Positions 12,639 through 26,420 of a stretch of DNA of 64,000 nt are shown here, one piece after another. Location: contig OZ286466.1 of NCBI GenBank assembly GCA_965644265.1, positions 43,338,001 to 43,402,000 on the forward strand, written 5' to 3'. The stretch is from Glycera tridactyla (taxonomy: Eukaryota). The notes under the pieces were generated by a model that was not told the DNA's origin, made no database searches, and saw only the letters and a list, made by a program, of their open reading frames with translations. Both the position numbers and the translations under genes were made by a program. The stretch's first letter is position 1; the number at the start of each line of letters is the position of its first letter.

Positions 12639-12818
12639 CAGAAGATAACCTCTCTACAAAGGCCACCTGTCTATGAAAACCACTTGATGCAGCCTAGGGT
12701 GATATTTGCAGACAAGTTTGATTGTATTTGAATCAGTTTGTGCAATGAGTAAATGTTTAATGGTCTTTCTAGGCAGGTGGTCTTCTCGCCGAGGTGGTCT
12801 CTATGGCAGGTTGGATGA
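12639..12818. mobile_element. Degenerate copy of the TA-flanked MITE family
   Basis: Family motifs aaaggccacctgtctat and gcaggtggtct...aggtggtctctatggcaggtt; the termini are decayed. Confidence 0.5.
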
Positions 12819-14435
12819 TATACTGCCAACATCCATATGCATGCTCACAGACCTGAGAGAGGGTGTGAATTATACCAGCCACCAGATGTGGGAGCCAATC
12901 TCAGTAATCTAACTGGTCCATCATTATCCCAACCTAAACATCAATATACTGCTCTAATCTGGGCCTGCTGTGAGGGCACCAGCAGAAGCACGCTACCCTG
13001 AGCGATAATGAGGGAAGTATTAGATTAGACGGGTCATCACTCATCTACACACCATCTGTGTTTGGCTAATTCCCTCCCTTGGCAGGAGATCATGATAATC
13101 TAGCCAATTTGCCCCAGTTACATATCAAGATTAACCCAGTAAATCCCAGATTACAGATAATCTCATTTCCACCTTCACCAGGTCACCCTCCTCAGCATCA
13201 TGGTAATTATAACCTCTCTTCCTGTCTAATCAGTGGATTCCCAAATGTCTCTATGTCTAGCCAAAGCTCAGCTATTTCAGGTCCGAAACATCACTCATAC
13301 AGTCAAGCATATTGACAAATACATGTCCATGAGAGTGGTCTTTGTAAGCAGGTGGTTGCTATAGAGGTAATATGTAGTTGAAATACCGTTAGACTAAATT
13401 TGTGGGACAAAATATTGACCAAGAAGATATTCTGAATACGAAGTCCATAGCATGCTCCTCATATTTCCAGGAAATTGGTCCTTCAAGACGGGTGCTTGCT
13501 TGTTGCAGGTAAATCTGCAGAAAAATAATAGAAGTGTTCTGGAAAAAAGTGTTTAATAGCACAGGCAATTGATCTTCACTGGTCTGCTCTTGGCAGGTTT
13601 TACTGTAGGGAACCCCATTTCTGACAACTTTATCAAGTGACAAGTTCACAGTGAGCTAAGATGTCAGCGAGCTTTCAAGATACAACCAAATCTTTTCATC
13701 TGCCCATGGAAAACACAATTAATTGTTGTGGTCGAATGACCTCAAATTTGACTACCATTGAAAAGTTACCATCTCCTGCACATTCATGTTTTGAAATTTA
13801 GGGAAATCTCTCATTGTAGATCTGCAACTATTCTGCACTGGAAGGCTGAAGGTGCATTGCTATTTAGTGAGGAGGTGGTGGTGGTGGGAATGAGAGAGCG
13901 CGGAGGAGGGCTATAGTAAGTTAGGGTGGATGCGGATGGTGTCATTGTATATTTGTACAACTGGGATTGCTGCACCGCAGGCACACTCAACTAGATTAGT
14001 GGCAGATTATCGGCAATTAGTCACAACCCTTGTCTGTATGAGAACCAGACTCACCCCCATCTCCTATAGATGCTCTTGTTACTCCCAACACATGCTTAAC
14101 ATTAACCCTACCTGCACCAGCAATTCAGATTCCCTCTCAAATCTAGATTCCCTGTGAATTCAACTCAACAGCTCGCCCGATTGAGCTATGAACACATTCA
14201 AAAGGAAGGAAGGGAGAGAGACTGAGATTTTCTCTATATGAACACACACTAGGTAAAGAAGTTTCCCAAGATAGCAGATGCCAGCTCTGGGCAGTCCCTT
14301 TTTGGAGGCCAGTTTCTTGTCACAGGAAGTACCTTTAAGAAAACAGATCAGTCTCTTGTCACAGGAAAAACCCTAAAATAGATTCTTCCATTGGAGAGTA
14401 GTATCTCTAAATCATGCACTGAATTAATCCACCTC

Positions 14436-14807
14436 ACATATTTCAGTAGCCCTAGAGACCACCCACAGCCACAAACACNNNNNNNNNNNNNNNNNNNNNN
14501 NNNNNNNNNNNNNNNNNNNNNNNNNNNNNNNNNNNNNNNNNNNNNNNNNNNNNNNNNNNNNNNNNNNNNNNNNNNNNNNNNNNNNNNNNNNNNNNNNNNN
14601 NNNNNNNNNNCCTACATATTCCAGTAGCCTCAGAGACCACCCACAAACANNNNNNNNNNNNNNNNNNNNNNNNNNNNNNNNNNNNNNNNNNNNNNNNNNN
14701 NNNNNNNNNNNNNNNNNNNNNNNNNNNNNNNNNNNNNNNNNNNNNNNNNNNNNNNNNNNNNNNNNNNNNNNNNNNNNNNNNNNNNNNNNNNNNNNNNNNN
14801 NNNNNNN
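14436..14807. repeat. Collapsed minisatellite with two N gaps (14479-14610, 14650-14807)
   Basis: The unit cacatatttcagtagccctagagaccacccaca(gcca)caaaca occurs both before and between the gaps. Confidence 0.7.
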
Positions 14808-17800
14808 TGGTAGCAATAAGAGCAGCATACTGAGGCAGTTTTAATGCCATTATCTAAATGGTCATACTCATTGGCGATAATGAGGTACATCAGCCAGCTA
14901 AGCAAACGGATTTACACAATCATCAACCTTGCATGTTGGCTGCTCCACCTCCATACATACTGGAGCCATCTGGACTGGGAACTGACTATGCAGTTTGCAT
15001 GGTATGACACTGACCCAGCTTGCCGCATGGTGCTATAGCAGATTACACCTAATAGACTACGCAACTGTTACCTGCCTACATCTCATTTCTATCCTATATA
15101 CCATAATTTCCTCAACATTCCATCACAGTTGATTCAAAACCACATGAGATGCCGTAACTGAACTGTACTAATGTACGTAAGTGAACCATACTAACATATG
15201 TTGGCCAATCTCATAGTCAAATATGCCATCACTACGCTGAATTCTGCATACTTTTGAAAGGATACTTCGAAATAATGAATCAATTTGCGAAAAAAGACCT
15301 TGACACCTCACATCAAAGATAGCCCATCCTTTTAATAATAAAAAGATTACAAGTGAAAGGTTAAAGTTAATATAGTAATACGGTTATTGGCATCCCCATG
15401 AGTCCTGCTAACGCACATGATGATCAACGCTAGCTGCCCTTATTATCACCCGCCCAACTGTCAGCACAAATTATCGTCAAATGCCTCTCCTCAATGAACA
15501 TCCCATAATAGTCTAGCAACAAAATGGCTGACACACTGTCAATAAAAACAGCGGGTGCAAATCCTCTACCCAGGATTATCTGTCTCTCATACCCAATACC
15601 TATCAATTGCTTTTCCACGCCAGCGAAAAATATTCTCATGTTTACGAAAAATATTTTCATGTTTACACCACTGGATTTGGCGAATATTTACCGAGGAGGA
15701 TTCTGGAAAACAACCTAGGTGTTCATGTTGGCCAACCAAAAGATACTTTGCTCTCCATCCATGGGAATCTTGCAGTGGTAGAATCTGACATAGATACGGG
15801 TGCCAACTGGAATTTCCCATGTTGTCCAATTCTCGGCTGGTTACGGAAAATGTGGAATGAACTCTGGCGATTTCGGTTTTCTAATAAGGACAAGGTGTCT
15901 GCTGAGATACGAGCCACAGAGCATTTTCCTGCCCCTTTAAGTGAACCTGTTGAGCACAAGAACTCATTCATCGGGGCCAGATTTTTGCTGTGAATGAACA
16001 TTTAATTGGCTCAATTTACACATCAGTTCAAACTCACACCTTCAAGTCTGGATGCTGGATGCTCACCAGCCTCCGAGCATGAGTGAGCATGGTGCGAATC
16101 ATCGCCCGGCTCCAGTTCTAAGCAGTGCCAGCTGGTTTACTTAGTAGCATCTCATTGCATCTCACGTTGCCGACATGCCACTTCTCATTAGCAACCGTAA
16201 AGCCATGTTACCACGACAACCTTTGAAGTTGCACAGCCAATCAAATGCCTATTTGCTCTTATCGGCACCGCAGAGATAGTACTTGTGCTAATGAAGCCAT
16301 AGTCCCCTCCTTTTCTCAGACAGAAGCCTCATTTTAACTAGTTTGCATTCTCAAGTTTGGTCTAACTTCACAAGAACTGCCTCAAAGGATCCTATCTTTG
16401 GACAATCCAGCTCATCAAATTTAACTCAAACCCAACCGAATTGCCGCAATTCGGATGCAATGACACCTAAAATGATAAACCCGTGGTGAACTCAATTTTC
16501 AATGAAAGAACACTTTCATGTACCTGTAATGTCGAATATACCTTCCACGAGAAACCATTTATTCTAAGACTACTTCTTAAGGAGAAGTAGAGTCATCACT
16601 AATTTCACAGGTTTCAATTTATAAATTCTGAAGCACTCACATTTCTGTGTTTCATATTCAATACTCTGATTGGATTTGGGGGAGAGTAGAGGTATTTTGT
16701 GCAATGCTTATGTGTCTGCTCCATGAAAGCAAGAGGATGGTTAAGCAGAGAAGAAGAAAACAATGTCAGGAACTTGGCTCCTACCTATAGACCTACCACT
16801 TCTTATATCAAACGTCAATTAACAACCACAGCTCAAATAAATCCGCCATGTAAAAACCTCCAGTAAAAATCTCGGTCCCAAAACCTGCAAAGTCAGTTAT
16901 TCTTGGCCACAGAATGCATCAACACCATTGGCAAGCCTATTGTCAGAGCAATTTGCATTTTTCTGCACCGAGCTCCGCAAACACAAAATATACACCGCAG
17001 TTGGGATAATAAGCGGTGGGCAACTGAAAACAGCTGTCTGGGAGGCAATACTAACTGGGTGGTGAAGATAGAAATGTGTTTACAGATGCAATTTCCTCAC
17101 ACTAATCAGTTTGTCTATGGGCGGCAATATTTCAGCCCCGACAAAATTAGATGCAGCGAAAGAAACGAAGAATGGGAGGACATCATTTTGTTAGCACGTT
17201 ATCTGTCCATGATTGCCTGATAAATAGGTATGACACTTGAACAACCAGATCATTTTTTTCTCAACCGGCCCACAATATAGCAATATCATGACTATCGTGC
17301 ACAATTCTTCACACCGTCACTGACAAGAACAAGATAGCATCATGTGAAATCAGCAAACTCTATCAGAAGCATTTGAAGCAGCTCCTTGTCATGTTACCAC
17401 ACCTATAAATGCCACAAAGATAAGAATTGCTGTGATCATAAAACCGCAATCAGCAAAATTGCATGATCAAGAGAGATGATTTCTTTCAGGAACACATTTT
17501 CTGTTTCCAAAATTTGCACCATACTCTGCACTAGCTGAACATTGAAACCTGCGCCGAGAGACCCCCTGACAAGAGACCACCTCCGATGGGAAACCGCTTT
17601 CCCAGGGGAGCTTTCTTGTACAAGAAGTGGATAAAAATGAACATGCATTTCTAGTCAGTTCGCATCAAGAAGTCCTCAGTCTCCATCGGAATTCAAGGTG
17701 CTTTTCTTGATCTATTTATTCTGTCAAACCCATTTTGAGATGAATCAGAACCTGGCAAAAATCGGCATCCATCAGAGCGGGTATACCACACAATAAGACT

Positions 17801-20214
17801 TTCCAGACAGCCCTCCCCCCCCCCCCCCCTCCTCCTCCCCCTCCACATAAACAGCCTAAAAGCACGCCAACAGACAAACACGCACCAAGGCTAAGTATAT
17901 TATCTCGGAGTGATTTCTGGCACACTCGGCATACTGATACGAGGGGAGAATATGTGCCAATGTTATCTGAGAAAACACCACCATCATATGTGTAAAAGTC
18001 ACATTTGTATCAACATCGGGGAACATATCTCGCCCTGTACCCCCTCCACATCTTCATAACCGCTCCTGTAACCTCCACCCTTTGTAAAAACAAATCCCAT
18101 CTCTTTTTGTTAAAACAATCATCTTTCCAAAAGTTGCTGGCTGGAATGAGTTTTTCTTTTTCTGGATGATTCAGATCAGTGAGCTACTGCTTCAAGCAAT
18201 TTTCATGGAATTACGCCTTTATGATCAACCTTGAATGAGCAGCTAACACAGACCCAGACAGCCTACATTTCATGTTTAAAATGGCCATTTGTACCCATGA
18301 TTCCATCTATATCCTCAGCCACTTTGGTGATGCAAACGTTAGTATGAAGATAAAATATTGATGAAGAAAGATTCAATCACTTTCTCTATTCCCAATGGAA
18401 ACATAAAACTGTGAAAACAACATGCCAGATGGTGGTGAAAGTGAACCCCTTCAGGCCAACCAAGATTGTGTTAACATGTCTATTCATCACCAATTAGGTT
18501 TGCAAAATAGTCGTATGAATGGCATTGGATTTCATAACAAGAATACCACTATTTGAGTTGTCCTGTTTGTTTATGAAGGCCCTTCAGAGTGTGGAATGAT
18601 TTGCATGCAAATAGATGGTGGGCTGGAGCCCCAGCCTCAAGTGGGGCTGTTGTCATAGTAAAGGAGGCGATTGCCTCTAATCTTGCCTACCGACAGCTGG
18701 TACTCAAACAACAAGAGCTCTCGACTTTTTGCTATCATCAGACTACAAATTTGCAAGCAAGCCCGCTCCGATTTCCGCAGCATGGAGAGGAAAGCTAGTA
18801 TCCAATCTCAAATTAGATTGTGCGAATGTATACGTGGTCTTTGGAGAGTTTCTAGTGATGAGTTTGCAGTGGTGCTACTGAAGTGGTTTATGGCAGTTGC
18901 TGAGGAGGCCACAGAGTAGATGGCATCTGTCGAGAGGTAAGCTGAAGAGGTGGCGATGGAGGCAACTGAACACGCACTTGGCTGTCAAGAGACGCGATTA
19001 GGCCATGACCTGCATGAATAAATTCACTCCAAGTATTGATAAAACATGTTAATACACACTTTAATGCACAACCAACTTCCACAATCCAATCACACCAGAT
19101 GGGACGCACACAAAATCCCTCAAATTGGTCTGAATCCTGCCAGGTCAGACAACTACCCTTCAAAGGCTCAGTGATTGAGAACCCCATATTGTCAAGTGGC
19201 TTTCGGCTGTTGTTTGTAAACCGCCTACATTGTTTGAGAACCAGTCAATTTCTTCACCCTAATGCCTTCAACTTTAAGTGGGTACCAGTTTGAGGCTTTG
19301 TTCGTGACCAGTCAGAGGGAGATCGGTTTCATATCAAACTGAACGCCACCTGGCGCCCAACATAGTTTGGTCGCTAGTGATAGGCCTCCACAAATAGGTG
19401 TTGGCGAGGTGGTTGTTTGAGCCCATCAAAACTGAGCATAATACAATGTTATCCCCTCGGGGTTGAATCCAGCGGGTATTCACCCTGAATAGCATAAACA
19501 ATGACCCTATAGTGGATGAGAGTTTGCTCTCAGTGACCACTCAGCACTGGTGAAGATGACCACCCGAACGCCCATCTATCCAAACCATTGTGGTGTAGCC
19601 ATGCAGAAAATGACCAAACAGAGGCAGAGAGTGTGAAGAGACCCCAACCTAGGCCAAATTAATAGTGGAAAGACATCAAGGGAACCAGTTCACTTTCACT
19701 ACAATGCCTTCAAATTCACACCGAATGCTTTCACATTTCTGCAATTCGAGGTTCACCTAACTTTCGAATAATCGGCCATCGGAAAATCAGAGCATGCTTC
19801 ACCTGGCTTCGGTGAAAGAACAATATGGGCAAACTGGACTTATTCCCAGGTGACCCGTCAGCACAAAGCATGACATGACCTCCGACAATAAAATCAGACG
19901 ACCCAGAAAGCGGCCAGACAATGTAAGCATCAGCTCCCGAGTTTGACAGTCGTTAATCTTGAAAGCCGTTGACAAGTGGACATTCGATGTGACAGTAGCC
20001 TGATACAGATCACCCCAGCTGTCTCCACTTCACCCCCATCCCGTGTCCTTTCCTCCACACCCTTCCTTCTTCCCTCCTTCCTTAGGACCTCTTCCTGGCC
20101 TTCCTCTCAAGACAAAGCTAAGCTGAATGGAGGGCAATTCATCCATCCCAGGCACTTGAAACAAATAGCCATAGTGATGTATATTCGGCCAATCAACCAC
20201 ACACTCTCCATTTA

Positions 20215-20216
20215 GT

Positions 20217-20299
<83 letters not shown>

Positions 20300-20356
20300 C
20301 GTGCGTATGAGAGAGTGGGTACGTGCGAGTAAGTGAGTGAGTGAGTGAGTGAGTGA

Positions 20357-20410
<54 letters not shown>
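20215..20410. repeat. (TG)n-(GAGT)n-(TG)n compound microsatellite
   Basis: Directly visible. Confidence 0.95.
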
Positions 20411-20411
<1 letters not shown>

Positions 20412-22704
20412 TAGCTGAGTGTCCACATGCATGCACCAATGTGTGTGAGTACATGTGCATGTATGCAAGCCAGTATAGTAAGCGAGAATTAAGAGGCAGG
20501 AGAGTGTATCCAGGCGGTGGCGTTCCACAGCCTTCCTTCAGCTGATGTGAATCTTGCATGATAGCCAATGATGCCATCAATAGTTGAGGTGTCAAGCTAA
20601 TACAGAACGGACATTCACACCTCACTGACAGCCTCACATTGCTCCAATCACACCTCCAACTCACTCTCATGAGTCAAACTGCCTACTCCTATAGCAACTC
20701 AAGAATTCACAGCCTAGGCAGTAGGTACCACACTGGAGATTCAGGTTCAAATCCACAAGAAATTGGATGATTTCTGAAAATGTACTGAGTACATTTCACA
20801 TAGTTTCATTCTAACTGAAATATTGCTTCCAGTTTTGCAGTTAAACCTGTGAGCAAGCAACTATCTTCATCACCATGTTGTGAGTCAAACATTTTTTTGC
20901 CAGTATCATGCTTGAAGCTGTGAGTATATCCCTCCATGTAGTACAGGGTTAACTATATAGCTTCTGGCTCACCAGTTCAACAAGTCTGGATAATGTGTGT
21001 GGAAGAGATGACTGGTAGGGGGTGAAAGCACCTGTCCACAAGACCCAGTCCTTGCACATATATTGATATAGTGAATCAATCAGTCATGTGTGCATACCTG
21101 GAATTTTCCATCCTCATTCCAGAGTGAGAGGTAGCCCAAAATGAATATACATCCTCAAATTTGCCTCAAAATGAACCATGGATTCTGCAAACATGCTGAT
21201 GCCATCAGCCAAAATTTCCCTCCCATACTTGTGTATTGTTATGAGATTCAGATGGGAGTGAGCAATGTTAGAGTATCCAACAAGTCACCAGAATACTCAA
21301 AAAAACAAAAACAAATATATTGATCATAATAAAGCATTTGACAATATGACTCAAAAATCCACAAAAATGGCAAAGTCAAATGCCAGGTTCCAGTCAGCAG
21401 GGCTACACTGGTGGTCCCAATATGGGCCAGTCAATGCTAGAGTGCATAGAACAATATAAGGTAGCAGTAAATACACGCAGTCCCATATATTTACAGAAGA
21501 TATTTACCACTAGGCGTGGGTAATTGACGGCAAACAGGTCAATAGGTATTCATCATTCATTCATCAGACCCGCACACAGTATATCTCAACATTATTCCAT
21601 GGATAGTATTGATTGGCTTACACCATATCACGCCAATTGTGCGCCCACTGTAAATAGAATCTCCATCAACCACAACCAGTGTAAACTATACAGGTATGTC
21701 GCAAACCCTTTGATAAGTGCACCAAGAAATGTATGTCTTGCATATCATATACCTTATTTGTTTACTACTATGATATACAATGACTAAACAGTGATAGTGA
21801 CCAAAAAAGTCGCGACGGACATAGCACTAGAGGTAGTTCTCATGAAATGTCCATTGTTTCTCTTGACCGTAGAATGTGCAATTTTCAAGTACATTTATGT
21901 ACCGCACTTTTCAGAGACAGAAGCTGAATCTACTGCTGTAATACGGGTATAATACTGGGAATACGATATGGTCTCAGTTTTCAGTCCATCAAGGGGTGAG
22001 GAATAAAATAATGGATGATTAATGATGGGTTACTGATAATTAGATTTCCTCATTATCTGAATGATCTGAGCCAATACACCCCATATCACGAAACTGATAG
22101 CAACGTCTTTAGCCAGCTACTGTGCATCAGGCCTTGACACTGTCAACCAAACTGCATGTCCGAGGGGGTAATGACCATCTATCAATTCTGAATTGTCATC
22201 TACTGTATATTGTTTTTGAATTGTGTGTTTATCATTTTTCACCATGTAGATACTTTATTTTCATGTTAGTTCCTATGTTCCATGTGAATACGGAGAAAAT
22301 AAAGTTATTTTGAATTTGAATTTGAATTTATATTAGGGTAAAATGCACATAATCTTTGACTGTGTCTATGACTGTGTCAAGTCATATTTCTACCAAGCAT
22401 ATCTCCCATATATCATAATATATATGATAATACCATTAATATCATGTCTCTCGGCACCCCCATTTACAAGATTGTAACAGATAACCCCCTTAATGGAAGA
22501 CCCCCACCCTTGATAAAGGTGGATCCACAGAGTGCTATCTTCATGGCACACCTGTTCCCCTGGTTCCAGTCAGCCATGAATCTGCCATCGCCAGCTGATA
22601 ATCTCTAGGCTTATCATCGGCTAGCGATCAACACTATCATGTTTTTCTACAGATCTAATCCTCTGATACATGTACATCATATCTCCAGACATTCTCACAG
22701 ATGT

Positions 22705-22764
22705 GTAGACGGTTATCAACAAACGTAGACAGTTATCAACAAACGTAGACGGTTATCAACAAAC
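22705..22764. repeat. 20-bp minisatellite, 3 copies
   Basis: GTAGAC(G/A)GTTATCAACAAAC three times, contiguous with no spacers. Confidence 0.9.
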
Positions 22765-25559
22765 GACTGGGCACTAACACTATTATAACAGTACACTGGA
22801 GATAAATGGTCAATATGGTGGAACCTGAAATGAGCAGTGATGAACATTTGAGCTTAGAGCAAGTTCTTGCTTGGCATACATCATTTGTACTGCCAAAAAT
22901 TCTCTGAACGTTCTGAGATTCATGATGACTTCTTGCTCAGCGAATCTAAAGCTTAGGGCGAGTTCAACTGGTCATTTATCACTCAACTCTAGAGAAAGAA
23001 TATCAAGATTTAAAAGCAAATCAGATATGCATCCTCCTGAATATTTAAAGGACCTGGGGTGGCCACTGGTTAAAGGAGGCCATTGTTACACCATTTGTGC
23101 AAATCCCAAGTAGCGCTTATGCATGTGGCATATTGCTGATGAAAACAAGATCGTTATCGAGTCTCCATAACGAGAAGTGGAGATAAGGAAAGTGAGGCTG
23201 ATAGCGTAACAAGTAACACATGCCAGACTGATTAGCCATGAGCACGACCTCCCCGCTATCTTGCCAGAATGTTTATTTCACTCAAATTGCCTCATGTTCT
23301 ACATTTCCTGGGGTAGATAGAGTCAGAACACAAGGTGAAGACAGATAAACTGCATTCTCATACTGACTCCGGAATTCTCCATGATCATCCTCTAACTTGG
23401 ATAATCCCAAACTTTTCAAACACTAAAGTCACTAAGACAGAATACCCTACATAACCACAAATATATAACGATTCATATAATGAGAAACATCCATGTCAAA
23501 TTTATGTTTTGGGCTGCATAAGTGGCCAGAAGACCTAGCACAACCATGGGAAGTTTCAGCATTCTTCATTGATGTGATAATATAATCGCAATCATGCAGG
23601 CAAATTTTCTTTTGATTATGTCAGACTTCTGTTTGATAACCTTTTTCAGAGAAAGAATAATTGTGCATGCTTGGGCATTTCTATGATATATGAGGCCCAC
23701 AGGCTCTGTAACAGAATCTTAAGGAATGTTCTTTCCCATGTTGGCGATACATGGTCGATCAGAATTGTTTATAGAAGTACATAGATGAATAGGTGAAATT
23801 GGTGACAACACCATTGACTCTCATGCTTGACAAGAAAACATGTGACGTTCATCAAATACTTGGTTCATTGAAGGAAACACAATGCAACAATAACAGTAAG
23901 AACTAGAAACGGCTTACAATTCTGGGAGAATCGGCTTACAATTCAGGGAGAATCGAATCATCAAGCACCGGTTATGATCCGCTCCTCAGAAGACATCTAA
24001 CACTGCCGCTGCCGTATTTACGAATCATGAAAAATGTAACAAGATTCAGATGAAGTGGCAGTAAGCATCATTATGCCGATGGCAGAACACAATTTTGTGA
24101 GGACGTAATTTTATTTGTCCGTCGATGATGGATGGGTGTCGCGGATTCCGTGGGGACCGACTTCTCTATGTTACACATGTCTCTGAGGAATTGTTTTTAT
24201 GTGGCAAACTAATCGGCTGAATATTGCATACAAATACACTGCCGCTGCTCGACAATCCCACTGCACTGCGGGGCCAGCCAGCAGGGCAGCTAGACATACA
24301 ACTGGACAACGTTACAATCACAATGCAAGCAGGAATATGGGAAGTGACAGCACATATTCTTCGACATTTTTGTCAGGTCCCATGGGGTGGCATATGGCTG
24401 CACTCCACTACTCACGGACAAACCACTACCTCAGGACAAACCACTACCGTCTCTTCAGAGCTCCACATTTGCACAATACATATGCTATAGTCTGTTCAAT
24501 GCATGAATACCCTTGATCTCCAGTCGATTCCAATGAGGACTATTGTCAGTCCTTAAGTAAAGCAGCTATTACATCAATAGTTCCAATATAGGATCACTTG
24601 CATCAGAGAGCAATTTCATGAAAAGAATTCTCAGGAATTACACAAAAGATGTGACCATCGCATAACATTGGATTAAGATAGGAATATCATAAGACTTTCC
24701 CATACCAATCAAAGTGTTACTGAACTTGCCTTTGTGATCATCCATGATCATTGGCAGTAAGGTTTGTTGTATGATCAGTTGGTTGGACTGGTTGGTTGAT
24801 AGGTTAGTCCAAAGTATCTATGTGGACAAGTTGGATATTGTATACAGTGTACTCCGGTTTATGGGGGTTGGATGGTTCACCCCCTGCAAGCATCACTCAG
24901 TGGTGGGAGAGGGATGGGAATGGGTGGCTGCTCATATCACATGGTGAAGAACTTTTATGAGCAGAGATAGTGGGGAGTTAACATGTAGGATTGAGCCATC
25001 AGCTGGTGGGCTGCAACAGATATGATCTATATACTGGCCCCCATCAGCCCAGGCAGTATATGCAGCCCATAGCCCACCCTCCTATATCAGACCTTGATAA
25101 CCACCACAAACAACATGGCAGCCATCATTAAAAGGTATGATATATGCATTATAATAAATCCATTGATTACATTGTATGCTACATCGACAGAAATCTCAAA
25201 ATATGTAGACCATTCTACCATGATCATGTAGAATAATGTTTGCTTCATACTGAATTCATAAATAATTCTACACTTTCCATATATTCAGGTCAATCTGATA
25301 TCATCAAACTAGTCCAAAGGGGGTAGGGGAATAGGTGGTGAATATACATGAGCAAGGTGAAGATTGATAAACTAATTTAAAGTGGGTGAATGTACAACAT
25401 AACTGCTAGAGACCTTCTTAACTTCATATAAACCATACCTATGGTAGAACTACTATTAAATCAATTATCTTACATAACGATTACTGATTTAGAGAAATTT
25501 TCCAGAGGCAGCATGTACCATTGAGACCATTACTGATTCTCATTTACACCTGCAAGTGA

Positions 25560-26420
25560 TAGCAATTCCTCAAGTTGCGGGTTGCTGCGTGAAGCGGAGT
25601 ACTGACATAGTTGAAAACGAGTAGGAAAGGGTTTGCGAAGAAGAGATTCAAAGCCGGCAAATTGAGGGTGGAAGTTAAAGCCAGCTTGTGAGCAGACTGG
25701 GACACAATGTTGGGACATGATGATTCCCGGCGGTACGACACAATGTTTTGTTTCGTAACCTGCGATCGTTCTCACGCGTCCCAGCGGCCTCACAACATCG
25801 GGTCTAATGGAAACTTACAGTCGTTCGGCGGTCCTTAAGGACTGCGTGTAATTTACAACCGTCACTGGAGTCCCTCAGCTAATATCACTGATGCGCCGCT
25901 AGCAAGCCTCACGAGATCTCGCGAGAATCTATACCGATACCCAGCAGCTTCCGCCACACACTGTTATTTTCCTCCCTTCGACCCCGAAGAGCTCCCCCGA
26001 CTCGTCGCCTTATTACTCCTGCCACTGGGGTGATGAATTTTTCATCTGGTGCTTTGACGAAAATCACATTACCATTTGCCGGTAAATTGATCCACCTCTC
26101 CTTCAGCCCCGTCATACAAATCCCAAATTGCATTTACTCACCCTGTCCATCACCAAACTAGCCCCGGCGCTTGCCGTCGGCAGAAAACGCAGCTGCCCCC
26201 GACAAATAAATGAATAAAAATGGCCGTTACCTCAAGTGGCTCATCGGGCAGTTAATATTTAATCAAGAAGGATGCATTCTGGTCAGCAGCATATTCCTGG
26301 ATGAGGTAATAGCATGAGAGCCGTGATTAAATCATCGGACCTTGGAGATGCTGCTCACGGGGCGGGTGCAAGGTCAAACAGGACAGTGACGACGACCTCC
26401 ACCCTATAGACCGAGGTGAC
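25560..26420. promoter_or_regulatory. CpG-rich, promoter-like region
   Basis: Visibly more CpG than its flanks, the palindrome TCTCGCGAGA at 25917-25926, and minus-strand donor-like sites (GG|GTGAGT ~26140, AG|GTAACG ~26230). Confidence 0.35.

Noticed and set aside
22705-22764. CRISPR-like short repeats
   Set aside because: Three abutting 20-mers with no spacers; an ordinary minisatellite.
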